From an uncultured virus (IMG/VR IMGVR_UViG_3300031951_000032) (lineage: Duplodnaviria > Heunggongvirae > Uroviricota > Caudoviricetes), in the IMG/VR virus record IMGVR_UViG_3300031951_000032: a stretch of DNA of 20,000 nucleotides; one strand, written 5' to 3'. Made by a program: the position numbers and the translations under genes. Shown here in pieces: positions 15,789-20,000 of the stretch; positions within the stretch are counted from its first letter, which is position 1; every line of letters begins with the position of its first letter. The notes beneath the pieces were generated by a model. It ran no database searches. It saw only the letters and a program-made list of their open reading frames with translations, and was not told the DNA's origin.

Positions 15789-16348
15789 GTTACGTGAAAA
15801 CATATGATAATGTTTTACCACCAATACTTTGTCGTAATACAATAGATAAATTTGAAAAAAATGTTGACCAACAAGAGAATGTCGTGCTTGACGGTCATCG
15901 CTCATTTACAGAAATCAACTTGAATCAAAATTCAAGCACGTGGAAGAAAGAGATAGATTATCTTATGTCTACTCTACACACCTATATTGAAGTTTATAAG
16001 AAAGATGTTGGTGTGGATGATATGGCTTGGCCAGAAGAATATGGTTTTGAAGAATTGAGGATGAAACGGTACTTTCCTAACGATAAAGATGAAATACAGT
16101 TTCATGTAGATGTAGAGAATCATGATTCCGCACGAAGATTTCTTGTGTTTTTCTGGTATCTAAATGATGTTATGGAGGGTGGAGAAACTGTATTTCAGTT
16201 GAATAAGAACGTGCCACCTAAGATCAAAGTTCAGCCTAGAGAAGGTAAATTGCTCATATTTCCACCTTTATGGACACATCCACACATTGCAAGTCGGCCA
16301 GTAGACAACACCAAATACATTATTGGAGGATATCTACACTATCTGTGA
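15785..16348 (+). CDS. 2OG-Fe(II) oxygenase (prolyl-4-hydroxylase-like)
   Basis: FHVD..RRFLVFFWYLNDV.EGGET.F..LLIFPPLWTHPH..KYIIGGY. Confidence 0.9.
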   Translation: MSYVKTYDNVLPPILCRNTIDKFEKNVDQQENVVLDGHRSFTEINLNQNSSTWKKEIDYLMSTLHTYIEVYKKDVGVDDMAWPEEYGFEELRMKRYFPNDKDEIQFHVDVENHDSARRFLVFFWYLNDVMEGGETVFQLNKNVPPKIKVQPREGKLLIFPPLWTHPHIASRPVDNTKYIIGGYLHYL

Positions 16349-16351
16349 TAA

Positions 16352-16359
16352 TATAAATA
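16352..16359 (+). promoter_or_regulatory. T4-type late promoter
   Basis: Exact TATAAATA in the short intergenic gap, 27 nt before ATG 16387. Confidence 0.8.
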
Positions 16360-16386
16360 CTCTAATAACCACTGAAAGGGTGTTTA

Positions 16387-17127
16387 ATGAGTGCTGCTTC
16401 CGACAAGTTTGAAAATGATGTCGCTAAGAACATCAACAAAATTCCAGGTATCAAAGCCTTGAGGCCAAAAGTTAGTACGGAGTATTCGGATGTTAAAATT
16501 GAGATTGATAAATTCAAAGGTGAAAATGCCATATGGTTAGAAGTGAAAATGTCACACACAGACAATCTTTCCAATCCACGTGTTTTTTACGAAAAAGGTA
16601 AATGGCATACCACCTATACAACACCCGCTGCAAAACACACTGTAGACATCCTCAATAAATCCGCACAGGCAAAAAAATTCATTAAAGACATTGCAAAGTT
16701 TTCTGGTATACCTGAAAAAGTAATAAAAATACCTACGAATAAAGGTGGTCTAAAAGAAGAAGGTGCTGTGCCATTGAGTGTTATGAAAGCATATTTTAGT
16801 CAACCAAGCATTAATCGCTACATTGCTAATGAAGAAAATTACAATCTCGGTGATGTCGTAACAGAGCATTATACAATTGGTAAAGCAAAACCAGCATACT
16901 ATATGCAGGCGGGTGATGATTTTTATATGGTATCAAAAAAGAATCCACTTAAAATAAAAGGTATTCCTGCTCTAAGTGGCTCAGGTGATTTCAAAGTTCG
17001 TGTATCTACACGTTCAGAATTTTATGAAGTGCAAGCCGAAATAAAAATTAAGAAAATGCCAGACAGTAAATTTTCCGTGGCACCAGGTACAAAAAAACAA
17101 AACCCATTTCTAAGCATGTCAAAATGA
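16387..17127 (+). CDS. Basic hypothetical protein, PD-(D/E)XK nuclease-like
   Basis: N-terminal KFENDV helix and YSDVKI...IWLEVKM (D..ExK); Lys-rich. Confidence 0.5.
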   Translation: MSAASDKFENDVAKNINKIPGIKALRPKVSTEYSDVKIEIDKFKGENAIWLEVKMSHTDNLSNPRVFYEKGKWHTTYTTPAAKHTVDILNKSAQAKKFIKDIAKFSGIPEKVIKIPTNKGGLKEEGAVPLSVMKAYFSQPSINRYIANEENYNLGDVVTEHYTIGKAKPAYYMQAGDDFYMVSKKNPLKIKGIPALSGSGDFKVRVSTRSEFYEVQAEIKIKKMPDSKFSVAPGTKKQNPFLSMSK

Positions 17128-18347
17128 AATTCATGGATTACATAAAAGAGAGTAAAGAAGGCAAGAATGTTCACCTTGAACATCTTGAAGATAATGTATT
17201 AAACGCCGGTGTATCGGGCGCACGTGAAGCAATAGAATTTCTCCGTTCTTTACGCAATATGCTTGCTGGTCACACAGGCTCAAAATTAAATGTGACTACA
17301 AAATGGGATGGTGCGCCTGCTATCTTTGCTGGCACAAATCCAGAAAACGGTAAATTTTTCGTTGGTACGAAATCAGTATTTGCAAAAAATGCAAAATTGA
17401 ATTATACTGATGAAGACATTGACGAAAATCATCCTGGTGAGGGTTTAAATCAAAAACTCAAACTTGCATTGGCATTCTTGCCTAAGTTGGGCATCAAAGG
17501 TGTTTTGCAAGGCGACATGATGTTCAGCAAAGGCGACATCAAAAAAGAAACTATTGCGGGTGAAGAATATATTATCTTTCAGCCAAACACAATCGTATAT
17601 GCTGTGCCAGTAAAATCAAAGTTAGCACAAACAATGTTAGCGGCACAGATTGGTGTGGTGTTTCACACATCATACTCCGGTAAAACATTAGAGACAATGA
17701 AAGCATCATTCAACATTGATATTGGTCATTTAAAGACTACAAAAGATGTTTGGTTTCGTGATGCATCGTTTACTGATGCGTCTGGTTCTGTCACGTTTAC
17801 TGAAGAAGAGACAGCAGCAATCACATCTATTCTTTCAAACGCAGGTAGAGTTTTCAACACGATACCTGCATTGACATTGAATCGTATTGCTGCATCGGAT
17901 GTTTTTCTTACACAGATCAAAACATTCAACAACACGAAAGTTCGTGAAGGCAAAAAGATTGCTGACACCAGAGTTCATACACAAGAGTTAATTAACTACG
18001 TAGAAGCAAAACTGAACAAAGAAATTCTGGCAGCAAAGAAAGAAGACACAAAACAAAAACGCATCAAAGAGAAAAATGAAGTGATGCGTTTCTATCGTTC
18101 AAATGCGATTCAACTGAAACAAATATTTGATCTAATGAATCTGATTGTTGATGCTAAGTTGATGATCATTCGTAAGTTGGAAACTATCAAGAGCATTGGC
18201 ACATTTGTTCGCACTGACGATGGCTTCCGTATTACTGCACCAGAAGGTTTCGTTGCTGTTGATCATCTTGGTAAAGCATTGAAACTGGTAGATAGACTTG
18301 AGTTCAGCAGACAAAACTTTAACGCACAGAAGGCATGGGACAAATGA
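17124..18347 (+). CDS. DUF6267-like protein, ATP-dependent ligase/covalent nucleotidyltransferase superfamily
   Basis: KNVHLEHLED; motif I TTKWDGAP; motif III-like VLQGD; motif IV PEGFV; motif V LKLVDR. Confidence 0.7.
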   Translation: MKFMDYIKESKEGKNVHLEHLEDNVLNAGVSGAREAIEFLRSLRNMLAGHTGSKLNVTTKWDGAPAIFAGTNPENGKFFVGTKSVFAKNAKLNYTDEDIDENHPGEGLNQKLKLALAFLPKLGIKGVLQGDMMFSKGDIKKETIAGEEYIIFQPNTIVYAVPVKSKLAQTMLAAQIGVVFHTSYSGKTLETMKASFNIDIGHLKTTKDVWFRDASFTDASGSVTFTEEETAAITSILSNAGRVFNTIPALTLNRIAASDVFLTQIKTFNNTKVREGKKIADTRVHTQELINYVEAKLNKEILAAKKEDTKQKRIKEKNEVMRFYRSNAIQLKQIFDLMNLIVDAKLMIIRKLETIKSIGTFVRTDDGFRITAPEGFVAVDHLGKALKLVDRLEFSRQNFNAQKAWDK

Positions 18348-18616
18348 GTTACGACATCAATAAAATTTTAGCAGAGTATGGTGATGATGATTTTGGTTTC
18401 AGCACAGTTGATGAAGTTGAATATCAAGCAGTCATTGCGGAGAAAGATGAAACTGTTGAAGAGTATAAAGCAAGACTTCAGCAAGTAGAAAAGATCATTA
18501 TGCCATTTCTGACAAATCTGTACAAGACAGCAAGTCAACCATACATTCATTGGCCAAATCGTGGTCCAATTATTGAGAAACAAATGCAAAAAGTATTGCA
18601 ATTGACGAGGGGATAA
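18344..18616 (+). CDS. Hypothetical protein (90 aa)
   Basis: ATGA coupling at 18344; DFGFS..., PFL.NL...YIHWPNR pattern seen in small T4-like phage proteins. Confidence 0.7.
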   Translation: MSYDINKILAEYGDDDFGFSTVDEVEYQAVIAEKDETVEEYKARLQQVEKIIMPFLTNLYKTASQPYIHWPNRGPIIEKQMQKVLQLTRG

Positions 18617-18939
18617 TGGTTACAATATCTGACACTGCTGTAAAGAAAATTAAATCTATCATTGCTGAAGAAGACCCTTCACTCAAACTACGTGTGTTCG
18701 TTCAGGGTGGTGGTTGTTCTGGTTTCCAATATGGCTTCTCAATAGAAGAATTGCCGGCAGCAGATGATGACTTTACATTTGAAAGAGATGGTATTGGAGT
18801 TGTTATAGATAGTATGAGTATGCAATACATGAATGAAGCGGTGATTGATTATAAAGAAGATATGATGGGTGCTTCATTTACAATCAAAAATCCAAACGTA
18901 ACTGCAACGTGTGGTTGCGGTTCTTCATTCACGATATGA
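18616..18939 (+). CDS. erpA: A-type Fe-S cluster carrier (ErpA/IscA/HesB family)
   Basis: LRVFVQGGGCSGFQYGF, IDY......F.I.NPN and CGCGSSF; all three conserved Cys present. Confidence 0.92.
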   Translation: MVTISDTAVKKIKSIIAEEDPSLKLRVFVQGGGCSGFQYGFSIEELPAADDDFTFERDGIGVVIDSMSMQYMNEAVIDYKEDMMGASFTIKNPNVTATCGCGSSFTI

Positions 18940-19121
18940 AAACATTCAAAGATTATTTAAAGGCAAACAAAGACAGCAGACAAGAGTTTGTATCTAAGGC
19001 CGGCGGAGGTGAGTGGGGAAGACCTGAACTCACTGCTAAATATCTTGATGACACTCCTGGTCAAAGCACACAACAATATAAAAAGTTTACAGGAAGTTGG
19101 AAAGAAACTGACATAAAATAA
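18936..19121 (+). CDS. Small hypothetical protein (61 aa)
   Basis: ATGA-coupled start MKTFKDYLK...; EWGRPELTAKY..DTPGQ. Confidence 0.65.
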   Translation: MKTFKDYLKANKDSRQEFVSKAGGGEWGRPELTAKYLDDTPGQSTQQYKKFTGSWKETDIK

Positions 19122-19136
19122 ATCACTGGAGATATT

Positions 19137-19979
19137 ATGAAAGATGTGATCGTGGGATGCTCAACAAATTATGACTGGGCAAAATTAAAATATTGGATTA
19201 ATTCCATCAATGAATCAGGCTTTGAGGGTGATAAAGTTCTGATTCTCATGAACTGCGATAAAGAAACTGCACAGAAGGTAACTGACGCAGGCTTCTCAAT
19301 CATAGCGTTCAATCAAGACAAAGACGGCAATCTAACTTATCAGTCTCAACTGATGGTGCATGTTGAGCGTTTCATTCACATTTACAAACTGCTCAAAGAT
19401 AATGACTATCGTTATGTAATTACCACAGATGTACGAGATGTTATCTTTCAAAAGAACCCTGTTACATGGTTAGAAGAAAATCTATCCAAACAAGAAGATT
19501 TGGTATTTTCTTCCGAAAGCATGAAATATAAAGATGAGCCATGGGGTCGTGAGAATCTAACACAGTGTTATGGTCAAGGCATCTACGAAGATTTTAAGAA
19601 CAACACGATCTTTAATGTCGGTGTTCTTGCTGGTCGTGGTTATGCAATGAGGGATTTGACTTTGCAGTTGTTTCTAAACTGCATCAACAGACCAATACCA
19701 ATCGTTGATCAAGCAGTATTCAATGTAATGATTTCAAGACACCCATATATTGATTCGTCAATGTACACTCAGTCAGAATATGGTTGGGCATGTCAACTTG
19801 GCACAACTGCCGATCCAAGTAAGATTGATCAATTCAGACCACATCTTTTAGAACCATCACCGAAATTAGAAGGTGACAAGGTTGTAACTTCAACAGGAAT
19901 AGAGTATACTATTGTACATCAGTATGATCGTGTGCCAGAATGGAAGAAAGTGATTGAGGCAAAATATGACGACAAATAG
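19137..19979 (+). CDS. Nucleotide-diphospho-sugar transferase (GT-A fold)
   Basis: ERF, TTDVRDVIFQKNP, NVGVLAG, DQAVFN and IVHQYDR; SD GGAG. Confidence 0.75.
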   Translation: MKDVIVGCSTNYDWAKLKYWINSINESGFEGDKVLILMNCDKETAQKVTDAGFSIIAFNQDKDGNLTYQSQLMVHVERFIHIYKLLKDNDYRYVITTDVRDVIFQKNPVTWLEENLSKQEDLVFSSESMKYKDEPWGRENLTQCYGQGIYEDFKNNTIFNVGVLAGRGYAMRDLTLQLFLNCINRPIPIVDQAVFNVMISRHPYIDSSMYTQSEYGWACQLGTTADPSKIDQFRPHLLEPSPKLEGDKVVTSTGIEYTIVHQYDRVPEWKKVIEAKYDDK

Positions 19980-20000
19980 AATTAAAGAATTATTTTGGGA
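19966..20000 (+). CDS. Start of the next ORF (MTTNRIKELFW...), truncated by the window end
   Basis: ATG at 19966 after SD GAGG, overlapping the upstream gene; open to the window end. Confidence 0.5.
   Translation, partial: MTTNRIKELFW

Noticed and set aside
97..18601. All minus-strand ORFs in the track (e.g. 1596-2036, 4105-4455, 13879-14184)
   Set aside because: They lie antisense to well-supported plus-strand genes, lack recognisable motifs or SDs, and are consistent with shadow ORFs.
1..20000. Stop-codon reassignment
   Set aside because: Core genes are full length in the standard code, and TAA, TGA and TAG all end genes at sensible places.
1..20000. CRISPR array, tRNA genes, long tandem repeats or IS elements
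   Set aside because: Intergenic gaps are under about 80 nt, and no repeat-spacer periodicity, cloverleaf or transposase motif was seen.

Overview
This window is a gene-dense, all plus-strand segment of a large T4-like (myovirus-type) phage genome. It covers the DNA replication module: gp45 clamp, gp44/gp62 clamp loader, regA, hsp20, gp43 PolB, uvsX and gp41 helicase. Accessory genes are interleaved with this core. They include a PD-(D/E)XK nuclease plus amino-methyltransferase cassette wedged between gp44 and gp62, three 2OG-Fe(II) oxygenases, three GT-A-type glycosyltransferase-like genes, a dCMP deaminase, a DUF3310 protein and a membrane coiled-coil protein. A T4 late promoter (TATAAATA) precedes a second nuclease-like gene, a ligase-superfamily nucleotidyltransferase (DUF6267-like), an ErpA/IscA Fe-S carrier and a further glycosyltransferase. 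Non-coding signals read directly from the sequence are an H-type pseudoknot leader before a winged-HTH gene, a ROSE-like hairpin over the hsp20 ribosome-binding site, terminator hairpins, and several near-consensus sigma70 promoters hidden inside coding sequences. All family calls rest on motif recognition and synteny; no database search was run.
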